Shown here in pieces: positions 20,850 to 29,465 of a stretch of DNA of 43,525 nucleotides. The first letter of the stretch is position 1; each line of letters starts with the position of its first letter. The notes under the pieces were generated by a model. It had not been told where the DNA came from. It was given only the letters and a program-made list of their open reading frames with translations, and ran no database searches. A program made the position numbers and the translations under genes. The DNA lies in sequence record SRR20825019_3141; one strand, 5' to 3'.

Positions 20850-21848
20850 TTATTCCAGTACTTTTTCCAAAAGTTTCTTGGTTGCCAATATTCCTTCTTC
20901 TTCGCTAAGTTCAGAGCCTTCGTACTCCACTCCCACATAACCTTCGTATCCAGCCTCGATAACAATATCCATGAGTCTTTCAAAATCAATGACGGTTTCA
21001 TTACCATTCTCATCAAAATTGTAGGACTTCGCGCTCACCCCTTTGGCGTAGGGCATCAATTCTTTTACACCTTTATATTTGTCATACTCTTCCAAACATT
21101 TGGACGAATAATAGTCTCCTTCTTCCCTTTTGATACAGAAATTTCCAAAATCCGGCAGTGTCCCACAATTCTCCATACCTACTTTTTCCATTACCTCGGC
21201 CAGCATTTCCGCATTGGAAGATGGTCCTCCGTGATTTTCCACTATTATATTGATGTTCTTGTCCTTGGCGTACGTGGCCAATTGCTTTAGTCCGGCCACC
21301 GAAGCTGGCATCCATACTTCGGGTTCCATGCTTCCGTTAAGGTTAACGCGAATGGAATGGCAGCCCAGAGCAGCAGCTGCATCTACCCATTTATAGTGGT
21401 TTTCCACGGCTTTTGTTCTTTCAGCTTCATCAGGAACCGCGATGTCGCCCTGTCCGTCCACCATGATTAAAAGGTTTTTTAGACCATATTTTTCACTCTC
21501 GGCCTTACTTTTTTCCACCCAGTGGCTCATGGCTTCTTCAGAAAAATTGGCTGCTTGCAGTTCTTTATAGTATAGGGCACTCACGTATTCCAAGCCTTCA
21601 AACCCCCATTTGCTTGCTTTTTCCGCAAACGTGTAGGGATCAACGCCTTCTTCAAAGATCATTTTGTGTATGGACCATTGTGCCAAAGAAAGCTTAATGT
21701 CCGGTTTAGGCTCATCTTCTGCTACCACCTCGGTGGCAGATTCCTCAGCTGTTTCCTTCTTTGAATTCTCTTTACAGGAATAAAATCCTAAAAAAGCCAC
21801 GGCAATAAGTGTGACAATACTTTTCTGTGCTAAACTACTTCTGTTCAT
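20850..21848 (-). CDS. Sugar phosphate isomerase/epimerase family lipoprotein
   Basis: Lipobox FYSC; SLAQWS, VENHGG, LPDFGNF, SAKS, GVEYEG. Confidence 0.88.
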   Translation of the reverse strand: MNRSSLAQKSIVTLIAVAFLGFYSCKENSKKETAEESATEVVAEDEPKPDIKLSLAQWSIHKMIFEEGVDPYTFAEKASKWGFEGLEYVSALYYKELQAANFSEEAMSHWVEKSKAESEKYGLKNLLIMVDGQGDIAVPDEAERTKAVENHYKWVDAAAALGCHSIRVNLNGSMEPEVWMPASVAGLKQLATYAKDKNINIIVENHGGPSSNAEMLAEVMEKVGMENCGTLPDFGNFCIKREEGDYYSSKCLEEYDKYKGVKELMPYAKGVSAKSYNFDENGNETVIDFERLMDIVIEAGYEGYVGVEYEGSELSEEEGILATKKLLEKVLE

Positions 21849-21984
21849 ATTTTTACGTTAGTTAATTTCGTGCGGAATCCAAAAACTACAACGTTATAGT
21901 GCTGAATTCTCAATAAACATAGGGATTAAATGTAGAAAATTAATTTAATAATTAATACATTTAGCAAATAAACAATCCGAATAA

Positions 21985-23703
21985 ATGAGTAAATTTTATT
22001 ACAATCAGGAGCAGGAATCCTACGATGCCATAGTGGTAGGTACGGGTATCAGCGGTGGTTGGGCTGCAAAAGAATTGTGCGAAAACGGTCTCAAGACTTT
22101 GGTCTTGGAGCGTGGCCCCATGGTAAAACACCGTGAAGATTACCCTACGGCCAATATGGACGATTGGGATTTTAAGCATGCGGGCAGAGCAACCCGAGAA
22201 GACGTTAAGCAACAAGAGAAACAATCCAGAACTGGTTATACCACCGGTGCAGCTTCAAAGCATTGGTTTGTAAACGACTTGGACCATCCTTACAACGAGA
22301 CCAAACGTTTCGATTGGATGAGAGGTTACCACGTAGGTGGACGTTCTATTATGTGGGGACGACACAGCTACAGGTGGAGCGACATTGATTTTACTGCAAA
22401 CAAAAACGAAGGAATCGCCGTTGATTGGCCAGTACGTTATAAGGATATAGCTCCTTGGTACGATAAAGTTGAAAGTTATATCGGGGTATCCGGTGAAAAT
22501 TTAGGTCTGCCTCAACTTCCCGATGGACAGTTTGAGCCCATGATGGAACTCAATTGTGTAGAGGACCACGTAAGAGGCAAGGTCGCCGAACATTTTGGTG
22601 GCCGTGTCATCACCGCAGGTAGGGTGGCCCACATAAACAGTGACAAACAGTTTGATGGTGACGGTCGGGTTCGTTGTCAATTTAGGAACCGTTGTATTAG
22701 AGGATGTCCTTTCGGAGCATATTTCAGCAGCGTTTCCTCTACATTGCCAGCTGCCGAAGCTACAGGAAACATGACGCTTAGACCGGATTCCATTGTACAC
22801 GAGGTAATCTATGACCCCAACACCAAGAAGGCTACAGGCGTTAAGGTCATCGATAGAGAAACCAAAGAAGAGTTTGAGTTCAAGGCAAAAGTTATTTTCC
22901 TATGTGCTTCTGCCATTGCTTCTACTTCCATTTTGATGCAATCCAAATCGGATAGGTTCCCTAATGGTTTAGGAAACGACTCCGGAGAATTGGGCCATAA
23001 TGTTATGGACCACCATTTCTTGGTAGGCGCATCCGGTAAGTTTGATGGGTATGAAGACAAATACTACAAGGGTAGAAAACCAAACGGAATCTACATCCCA
23101 AGATTTAGAAACCTTGGCGGTGATTCCGATATGAAAAACTTTAAACGTGGTTATGGCTACCAAGGGGGCGCAGGTAGAGGCAATTATGAAGAATTGATCG
23201 CGGAAGCTTCGTTCGGTAAAGATTACAAGGATGCCGTTCTTACCCCGGGAGGGTGGACAATGAACATGCTCGCGTTCGGTGAAACCTTGCCTTACCATGA
23301 TAACAAAATGACCTTGGATTACGACAAGAAAGACAAATGGGGGCTTCCTACCGTTACTTTTGATGCGGAAATTCGTGAGAATGAGCTGAACATGAGAAAA
23401 GACATGCAAGATCAAGCCGTTCAAATGCTCGAAAAAGCAGGCGCGAAAGACATTACCCCTTACGATGCGCCCTATGCATTGGGTCTAGGTATTCATGAAA
23501 TGGGTACCGCAAGAATGGGACGTGATCCAAAGACTTCCGTTGTAAATGGCAACAACCAAGTACACGGATGTGAAAACGTATATGTTACCGATGGCGCCTT
23601 TATGGCATCTGCAAGTTGTGTAAACCCATCGTTGACATATATGGCATTTACAGCAAGGGCTGCCAACCATGCTGCCCAAGAACTTAAAAAAGGAAATATA
23701 TAA
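21985..23703 (+). CDS. GMC family FAD oxidoreductase, copy 2
   Basis: Same motifs as 14402-16105 (GTGISGG, CQFRNRCIRGC, HEMGTARMG). Confidence 0.9.
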   Translation: MSKFYYNQEQESYDAIVVGTGISGGWAAKELCENGLKTLVLERGPMVKHREDYPTANMDDWDFKHAGRATREDVKQQEKQSRTGYTTGAASKHWFVNDLDHPYNETKRFDWMRGYHVGGRSIMWGRHSYRWSDIDFTANKNEGIAVDWPVRYKDIAPWYDKVESYIGVSGENLGLPQLPDGQFEPMMELNCVEDHVRGKVAEHFGGRVITAGRVAHINSDKQFDGDGRVRCQFRNRCIRGCPFGAYFSSVSSTLPAAEATGNMTLRPDSIVHEVIYDPNTKKATGVKVIDRETKEEFEFKAKVIFLCASAIASTSILMQSKSDRFPNGLGNDSGELGHNVMDHHFLVGASGKFDGYEDKYYKGRKPNGIYIPRFRNLGGDSDMKNFKRGYGYQGGAGRGNYEELIAEASFGKDYKDAVLTPGGWTMNMLAFGETLPYHDNKMTLDYDKKDKWGLPTVTFDAEIRENELNMRKDMQDQAVQMLEKAGAKDITPYDAPYALGLGIHEMGTARMGRDPKTSVVNGNNQVHGCENVYVTDGAFMASASCVNPSLTYMAFTARAANHAAQELKKGNI

Positions 23704-24356
23704 TGGAAAGAAGATCAGCACTTAAAAATATGGGATTGGCCTTCGGTTATGCCGTGGCCACGCCGACATTGTTATCGCTATTGCAGAGCTGTAAAGACAA
23801 ACCTGCATATGCGGAGTGGACACCTAGTTTCCTAAGCAAAGAACAAGGATATGCCATGGCTCAAACGTTGGATGTCATACTTCCAAAAACGGATACACCA
23901 TCTGCAACCGAGGTGAACGTGCATACGTTTATAGATGCCTATTTGGATGAAGTTATGCCATTGGACCAAAGGGAGTTTGTCGTCATGAAAATGAACAAGT
24001 TCTATGACAAGGTCTTGGCCGATTCCGGGAAAGAATCTTTAATGGATATTGAAGCTGCCGATATAGAGCCTGCATTGCAAGCCTATCTTAGAAAGCGTTC
24101 GGACGAAGAGGAAAAGGTACATTCTGAGGCCATAATGAACTATATGCAGGCCATAATGCAAGGAGGTGAGGCTAGTCTGGACGAAGATATTGCCCGATTC
24201 TCTTTTGCAAACGATCTGAGGGATTTGGCCACTTGGGCCTATAAATCATCAGAATATGTAGGTGAAGAGGTATTAGCTTATTTGCCAATTCCAGGTGAAT
24301 ATATCGGATGTGGCGACCTTGAAACCTTAACAGGTGGAAAAGCTTGGTCAATCTAA
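23703..24356 (+). CDS. Gluconate 2-dehydrogenase subunit 3 family, Tat lipoprotein
   Basis: ERRSALK twin-Arg, LQSC lipobox, ILPKTDTPSA, YLPIPG; start overlaps GMC stop. Confidence 0.85.
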   Translation: MERRSALKNMGLAFGYAVATPTLLSLLQSCKDKPAYAEWTPSFLSKEQGYAMAQTLDVILPKTDTPSATEVNVHTFIDAYLDEVMPLDQREFVVMKMNKFYDKVLADSGKESLMDIEAADIEPALQAYLRKRSDEEEKVHSEAIMNYMQAIMQGGEASLDEDIARFSFANDLRDLATWAYKSSEYVGEEVLAYLPIPGEYIGCGDLETLTGGKAWSI

Positions 24357-24380
24357 GGCTTAGATAACATCCATAAAATT

Positions 24381-24411
24381 AAAAAACCTCCAAATTATTG
24401 GAGGTTTTTTT
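24381..24411 (+). terminator. Intrinsic terminator of the GMC operon (bidirectional form)
   Basis: AAAAAACCTCCAA-atta-TTGGAGGTTTTTT. Confidence 0.9.
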
Positions 24412-24423
24412 ATGTCGGTTTCT

Positions 24424-24645
24424 AAAAAAATACCCCGGATGTTCTGTTGTGGGGTGAACATTTCCGAGGTATTAAATCAATAAACACTATCACCTGTGCC
24501 ATTCTAGGCACAAAATAACTGTATACACAATACAGGAATATCTGTTGTATCGGCACAGTAATTTGTTGAAGATTTCCTAAAACGGTTTTAGTATCCTACG
24601 CTTTTCAGCGTGTGGAATCTACCTAATCTAGTTCTTGGGTCAACG
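24424..24645 (-). ncRNA. Candidate structured ncRNA (~220 nt)
   Basis: Several hairpins, a GAAA tetraloop on the minus strand (24598-24611), terminal hairpin plus U7 tail at 24424-24473; no convincing ORF. Confidence 0.5.
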
Positions 24646-24775
24646 CCGACAAAGATTTAAAAATACCTTGAGTTTTTAAAGATTCAACGCTAAAAACACC
24701 CGTAAAGTTTTTAACATAAAATGTTGAAATCTAGGCACTGGCTTAATTTGTAAGCAATACTTTACAAAATCTGTA

Positions 24776-24826
24776 AAAACAAAAAGACCAAGTAACATAT
24801 CAGTATGTTTACTTGGTCTTGCTTTT
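24776..24826 (-). terminator. Intrinsic terminator of the small-peptide transcript
   Basis: AAGACCAAGTAA/TTACTTGGTCTT 12-bp stem with A-tract on the left (U-tail on minus strand). Confidence 0.8.
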
Positions 24827-25057
24827 ATGATGAACCGGCTAAATAGTCAAATATTACCAAAGAGTACGGCCTCTTCAATCGAGCCTTACTAAATCTTTTT
24901 TTGTCCTAGGTAGTTCCCCCGAAACCTAAAATCAAATCCAGATTATGGCCAAACAGAAGTTAATTGTGCAAGCGGTTTATACAATCAAAAGATTGGTTGC
25001 CGTGGCCGTACAATTATTTGGTAATACAAAATTTTTAAGAGCTATCGTGTTACAAGA
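24827..25057 (-). ncRNA. Structured 3' region of the small-peptide transcript
   Basis: Long-range helix 24852-24871 with 25004-25026; internal hairpins at 24907-24928 and 24982-24995. Confidence 0.5.
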
Positions 25058-25177
25058 TTATTTCCTTGCAACAACCTTATTCCAATCGCTGCCCAATTGG
25101 GCGTTGTTCTTTTCTGATACTGCGGCGAAAAACAGGGCCGCTATCAAAATCAAAAACAATATTGCACATTTTTTCAT
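25058..25177 (-). CDS. Unannotated 39-aa secreted peptide precursor MKKCAILFLILIAALFFAAVSEKNNAQLGSDWNKVVARK
   Basis: Manual translation; MKK n-region, hydrophobic h-region, NNA|Q cleavage candidate; A-rich initiation context; -7 box upstream. Confidence 0.7.
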   Translation of the reverse strand: MKKCAILFLILIAALFFAAVSEKNNAQLGSDWNKVVARK

Positions 25178-25218
25178 TTTCTGGCTATTTCAAAATTGTC
25201 CTCTCATTTTTGACATGC

Positions 25219-25290
25219 CGAATATAGACAACTAAATTTCACACATATAATGCGTATGTATAAACTGTTCTGTTTTATGTATAATTGGTT
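25219..25290 (-). promoter_or_regulatory. Promoter of the small ORF with LytTR-type direct repeats
   Basis: TATATTCG -7 box (25219-25226); TATGTATAA repeated at 25255 and 25276 (21-bp period). Confidence 0.65.
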
Positions 25291-25381
25291 TTTGGGTATG
25301 GGAAACTAGCTTTAGCTTTTCTGTAAACTATAGTCCCAAACAGAAAAAACCAGTGATTTTTCACCTGATTCCCCTTTTTAT

Positions 25382-25451
25382 ACCAGTTATACGTGCTAAA
25401 TATCCATTAACACATTATTTTATTGCCATGTAGAGAATAATTCTAAATTTG
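25382..25451 (+). promoter_or_regulatory. Promoter of the LytTR/kinase operon with related repeats
   Basis: ACCAGTTATAC (25382) and degenerate TCCATTAACAC (25403), 21 bp apart; TAAATTTG -7 box at 25444-25451. Confidence 0.55.
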
Positions 25452-25470
25452 GTATAACCTATATTAGATT

Positions 25471-26205
25471 ATGCTAGAAGCAGTAATAGTTGATGACGAG
25501 ATAAAAGCCCTCCAAAGCCTAAGCTGGGAACTTACCAACTTGAGCGATGAAGTGGATATTATTGCATCTTTTACAGATGCCAGGGAAGCTTTGGACTATT
25601 TGGAAAAGAACACTCCCGATTGTCTATTTTTGGATATTGAAATGCCCGCAATGGACGGGTTCCAGTTTATAAAAAACTTGAAAAACAAGGATTTTCCGGT
25701 AGTCATTACTACAGCCTATAACCAATATGCCCTGCAGGCCCTAAAAAATGAGGCCATCGACTATCTCCTAAAACCCATAGACTCGGATGATCTGGAGGAA
25801 ACCATAGCCAAAATAAAAAAGTTCAACGCTAAAAATTTGACCGTTGAACGCTTGGAAAGAATTCTTCTTAACTTTAATTCGGAATCGCAAAGCAAAAAAA
25901 TAACCATCAATACGGACGGTAAATTGGTCTTTTTGAACAGCGATGAAATCCTGTATGCAGAATCGGATGGTAATTACAGTACTATTTTTTTAAAGGATGG
26001 ACAAAAAATCCTTCTCACGAAAAAATTGAAGGAAGTCAATGCTTTGTTGCCAGAAAGCAGCTTTTTTAGAATACACAACTCATATATAATCAATCTCAAC
26101 AAAATAAAAGAATTCCTCAAAACCGACGGCTATGTGGTTCTGGAATCCAATCATAAAATCCCTGTTTCCCGGCAAAAAAAATCCGACTTTTTGGATATGC
26201 TATAA
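25471..26205 (+). CDS. LytTR family response regulator
   Basis: REC domain (VDDE, FLDIEMP, YLLKP) plus LytTR domain (FFRIHNSYIIN, IPVSR). Confidence 0.95.
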   Translation: MLEAVIVDDEIKALQSLSWELTNLSDEVDIIASFTDAREALDYLEKNTPDCLFLDIEMPAMDGFQFIKNLKNKDFPVVITTAYNQYALQALKNEAIDYLLKPIDSDDLEETIAKIKKFNAKNLTVERLERILLNFNSESQSKKITINTDGKLVFLNSDEILYAESDGNYSTIFLKDGQKILLTKKLKEVNALLPESSFFRIHNSYIINLNKIKEFLKTDGYVVLESNHKIPVSRQKKSDFLDML

Positions 26206-26220
26206 TCTCAAAATGTTCCC

Positions 26221-28188
26221 GTGCCTATAGTAAAGTTCCTCCTTATCAAAAACCTGCATCGAGCGCGAACCGGGTCTCTGGTCACCTTTTTGCTGTTCTC
26301 CTTTTTATATACTTTACACGCTCAAAATCTCTCCGACGAGTTTATTGACAAAACGGAAATACTGGTAAAACTTAAACCCAAGACCTACGAGGCACTGGAT
26401 GAAGAGCTATCTTCCGAAAAACGGGACACCTCCTTATTAAGATACTTTGCCGACTTTAGCAAAAAAAACGACTATCTAGAAGGACAATCTTATGCCTTGA
26501 ACCAATTGGGCATGAAGTATCGGAACTTTTCCCAATATGAACAGGCCGTAGCATTGCACGAACAAGCCTTGGCCGCCTCTGAAAAAGCGAACAACATTGA
26601 TTTTAAAGTACTCAGTTTAAATATGCTAGGTGTGGTCTATAGACGTACCGATGGGATAAAGACCGCATTGGATTATCACCAAAAGGCGCTTGAACTGGCA
26701 GAACAAATAGAGAACCCATCCAACCATATTAAAAGAAGTATAAATGTTGCCCTGAATGGTATTGGAAACCTTTACCAAACTTTGGAGCAGTACGATTTGG
26801 CCATATTACAATTTAGAAGGGCATTGAAACTGGAAGAGGAACTGGGCAACAAACTGGGGTTGGCCATAAACCATCAAAATATTGGGCATTGCCTAGAGGA
26901 AAAGGGCGATTTGGAAGAGGCTCTGGAAAATTACAGGAAATCCTTGGCCTATAACGAGGAAATCGATTCGGAAGTAGGCCGTGTTATATGCAAGAACAGT
27001 CTGGCCCAAATCTATTTAAAACAGAACATGCCCTATTTGGCGTTGGTACTTTTAGAGCCCCTACATTCAGAATCCGAAAAAATAGGCGATTTCTCCGTAA
27101 CAGGCCTGGTGTATATCAATACGGGATGGGCACATACCAAATTGGGCAACTATGAGGAAGCAGAAACCTTTATCCAAAAAGGACTTACAATGGCGCAAAA
27201 CCGAAATATGCCCAGCAATATTTTGTATGCGTACGAAAAGATGTCCGATCTAGAAAACGCCAAAGGTGATTTTAAAAAAGCCTATGAGTTTTACAAAAAG
27301 GCCAGTGAACACGAAAAGGAGATTTCCAGTGCAACCAACCTACGGTACATGAACGATATTATCGTTAGGTACGAAAACGACAAGAAGAACAGCCAAATCG
27401 CAGTTTTGGCGAAAGAAAATGAAATCGTTCGGCTAAGGCTTAAAAAAAATCAGACAACTCTTCTGGTAAGTGCATTGATCGTTGGGCTTATTTCATCCAT
27501 ACTCTACATTCTTTACCGACAATACCAGAGTAAGAACGAGAAGAGGGTACTCACTTTGGAGCAACAAATGCTGCGCAGCCAAATGAACCCCCATTTCTTG
27601 TTCAACTCCTTGAACTCGATTAAGCTGTATATTATAAACAACGAGCAAAAAAATGCCGTTCATTATCTGAACAAGTTCTCCAAACTTGTCCGAAAAATTC
27701 TAGAAGCATCTTCCCAAAAGGAAATCCCGCTATCCGAAGAACTGGGAACCATGGAGCTATACATGAATATCGAAAATATCCGGTTCTCCAACGAAATAGA
27801 TTTTAAAATAGAAGTAGAAAAGAACATCAATATAGATAATATCAAAATTCCATCTTTGACACTTCAGCCTTTTTTGGAAAACTCCCTTTGGCATGGCCTA
27901 TCTCCCAAAGAAGGAGAAAAGAAAATTCAAATTAACGTGAAACACAAGGACCGAGGACACGTTACAATTGAAATTGTGGACAATGGTGTTGGGCGAACCA
28001 TGGCCGAGGTAAACAAAGAAAACCGTGTGCTAAAAAGGAAATCCTTGGGTATTCGCATTACCAAGGAACGATTGGCCAATTTTGCCAAAGACTATCAAAA
28101 CAAATTTGATGTGGATATCTTGGACCTGTTCGATGAGAACGGTGATCCCATTGGAACCAAAGTTGTGCTGGACATCCCCACTATCTAG
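26221..28188 (+). CDS. TPR-repeat sensor histidine kinase, LytS/His_kinase type
   Basis: N-terminal hydrophobic segment, multiple TPRs, one TM, SQMNPHFLFNSLN H-box, LQPFLEN, DNGVG. Confidence 0.92.
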   Translation: MPIVKFLLIKNLHRARTGSLVTFLLFSFLYTLHAQNLSDEFIDKTEILVKLKPKTYEALDEELSSEKRDTSLLRYFADFSKKNDYLEGQSYALNQLGMKYRNFSQYEQAVALHEQALAASEKANNIDFKVLSLNMLGVVYRRTDGIKTALDYHQKALELAEQIENPSNHIKRSINVALNGIGNLYQTLEQYDLAILQFRRALKLEEELGNKLGLAINHQNIGHCLEEKGDLEEALENYRKSLAYNEEIDSEVGRVICKNSLAQIYLKQNMPYLALVLLEPLHSESEKIGDFSVTGLVYINTGWAHTKLGNYEEAETFIQKGLTMAQNRNMPSNILYAYEKMSDLENAKGDFKKAYEFYKKASEHEKEISSATNLRYMNDIIVRYENDKKNSQIAVLAKENEIVRLRLKKNQTTLLVSALIVGLISSILYILYRQYQSKNEKRVLTLEQQMLRSQMNPHFLFNSLNSIKLYIINNEQKNAVHYLNKFSKLVRKILEASSQKEIPLSEELGTMELYMNIENIRFSNEIDFKIEVEKNINIDNIKIPSLTLQPFLENSLWHGLSPKEGEKKIQINVKHKDRGHVTIEIVDNGVGRTMAEVNKENRVLKRKSLGIRITKERLANFAKDYQNKFDVDILDLFDENGDPIGTKVVLDIPTI

Positions 28189-28750
28189 TCTTTTCTGCAG
28201 CTACTTCCTCCAATTCCCTGTACCAGGCCTTTCCGAACTTTTTGATCAAAGCATCTTTTACAAACTTGTAGATAGGGACTTTCAATTCCTTACCCAAGGA
28301 GCAAGCCGGGTCACAGATTTCCCATTTATGGTAATTGACTGCGGTAAACTCCGAATATTCCCTTGTACGAACCGGATACAGATAGCACGAAATAGGTTTT
28401 TTCCATTTGGTGGCACCGGCCTCATAAGCAGCTTCCAGTCCACATTTGGCTATGCCATCATCAGAAAAAACCACATAAGCGCATTCATTATTGTTCACCA
28501 AAGGGGTTTCCCATTCACCATCCTCTCCTTTTACAAAAACCCCATGTTCTTCAATGGCAGCAATACCTTCCGGGCGCAAAAAGGGCTTTACCTCATCATA
28601 AATATTGAGTAACTTGTCCGTCTCGGAATCCTCCAACGGTGCACCATACTCGCCACCCACACAACAAGCTCCTTTGCAAGCATTCAGATTGCAAACAAAA
28701 TCATTTTCCAGTATCTCTTCGGATACTATGGTTTTTCCTATCTGGAACAT
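28181..28750 (-). CDS. DUF3109 family Cys-rich protein
   Basis: FVCNLNACKGACC, KPISCYLYP, WEICDPAC. Confidence 0.85.
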   Translation of the reverse strand: MFQIGKTIVSEEILENDFVCNLNACKGACCVGGEYGAPLEDSETDKLLNIYDEVKPFLRPEGIAAIEEHGVFVKGEDGEWETPLVNNNECAYVVFSDDGIAKCGLEAAYEAGATKWKKPISCYLYPVRTREYSEFTAVNYHKWEICDPACSLGKELKVPIYKFVKDALIKKFGKAWYRELEEVAAEKTR

Positions 28751-28871
28751 AATATGTCCTTACTTTTTGGGCAAAGGTAAATCAAAACCAAAAAATTGAT
28801 GATTTATAAACACTTTATATGATCCAAAAGTGTTTTTTACCCGTAAATTTGCCGTCCAAAAAAAAGACGCC

Positions 28872-29456
28872 ATGAATTTTAATTTTAAGGAAATAGCGAC
28901 CGCTGGAATGGTATTGTTTGCCGTAATCGATATTTTAGGAAGTATCCCTATTATTTTATCGCTCAGAAGCAAGGTGGGTCATGTACAATCGGAAAAGGCT
29001 TCCATCGTGGCCATTTCGATCATGATTGCTTTTCTTTTCGTTGGAGAAAGCATTCTTTCTTTGATAGGAATCGATGTAAACTCCTTTGCTGTCGCTGGGG
29101 CCTTTATCATCTTTTTCCTTGCCATTGAAATGATTTTGGGAATCTCGCTCTATAAAGACGATGAACCGGAAACTGCTTCCATTGTGCCCATTGCCTTCCC
29201 GTTGATCGCGGGTGCGGGGACGCTTACTTCTATTTTGTCCTTGCGAGCGGAATACCATGTGGAGAACATTATAGTGGCCATTATTATAAACGTTATCTTT
29301 GTGTACATCGTGCTTAAATCCAGTGCCCGGATTGAACGTATTTTAGGCAAAAACGGACTTAACATTATCCGCAAAGTATTTGGAGTGATTCTTATGGCTA
29401 TTGCCGTAAAGCTTTTTGTGACCAATGTAAACGGGCTACTATCGCACGGTGCTTAA
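28872..29456 (+). CDS. MarC family membrane protein
   Basis: LFAVID.LG, VPIAFPLIAGAG; TAAATTTG -7 box at 28844 supports ATG 28872. Confidence 0.88.
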   Translation: MNFNFKEIATAGMVLFAVIDILGSIPIILSLRSKVGHVQSEKASIVAISIMIAFLFVGESILSLIGIDVNSFAVAGAFIIFFLAIEMILGISLYKDDEPETASIVPIAFPLIAGAGTLTSILSLRAEYHVENIIVAIIINVIFVYIVLKSSARIERILGKNGLNIIRKVFGVILMAIAVKLFVTNVNGLLSHGA

Positions 29457-29465
29457 AACATTGAC

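Noticed and set aside
24422-24502. 26-aa minus-strand ORF MAQVIVFIDLIPRKCSPHNRTSGVFF
   Set aside because: Runs through the terminator stem and U-tract; likely chance
24852-25026. Retron-like a1/a2 inverted repeat or MITE interpretation of the long-range helix
   Set aside because: No reverse transcriptase or transposase in the window, no target-site duplication seen, single copy
24945-25235. 96-aa plus-strand ORF in the intergenic gap
   Set aside because: No recognisable domain; it overlaps antisense the better supported 39-aa ORF, its promoter and the RNA helix
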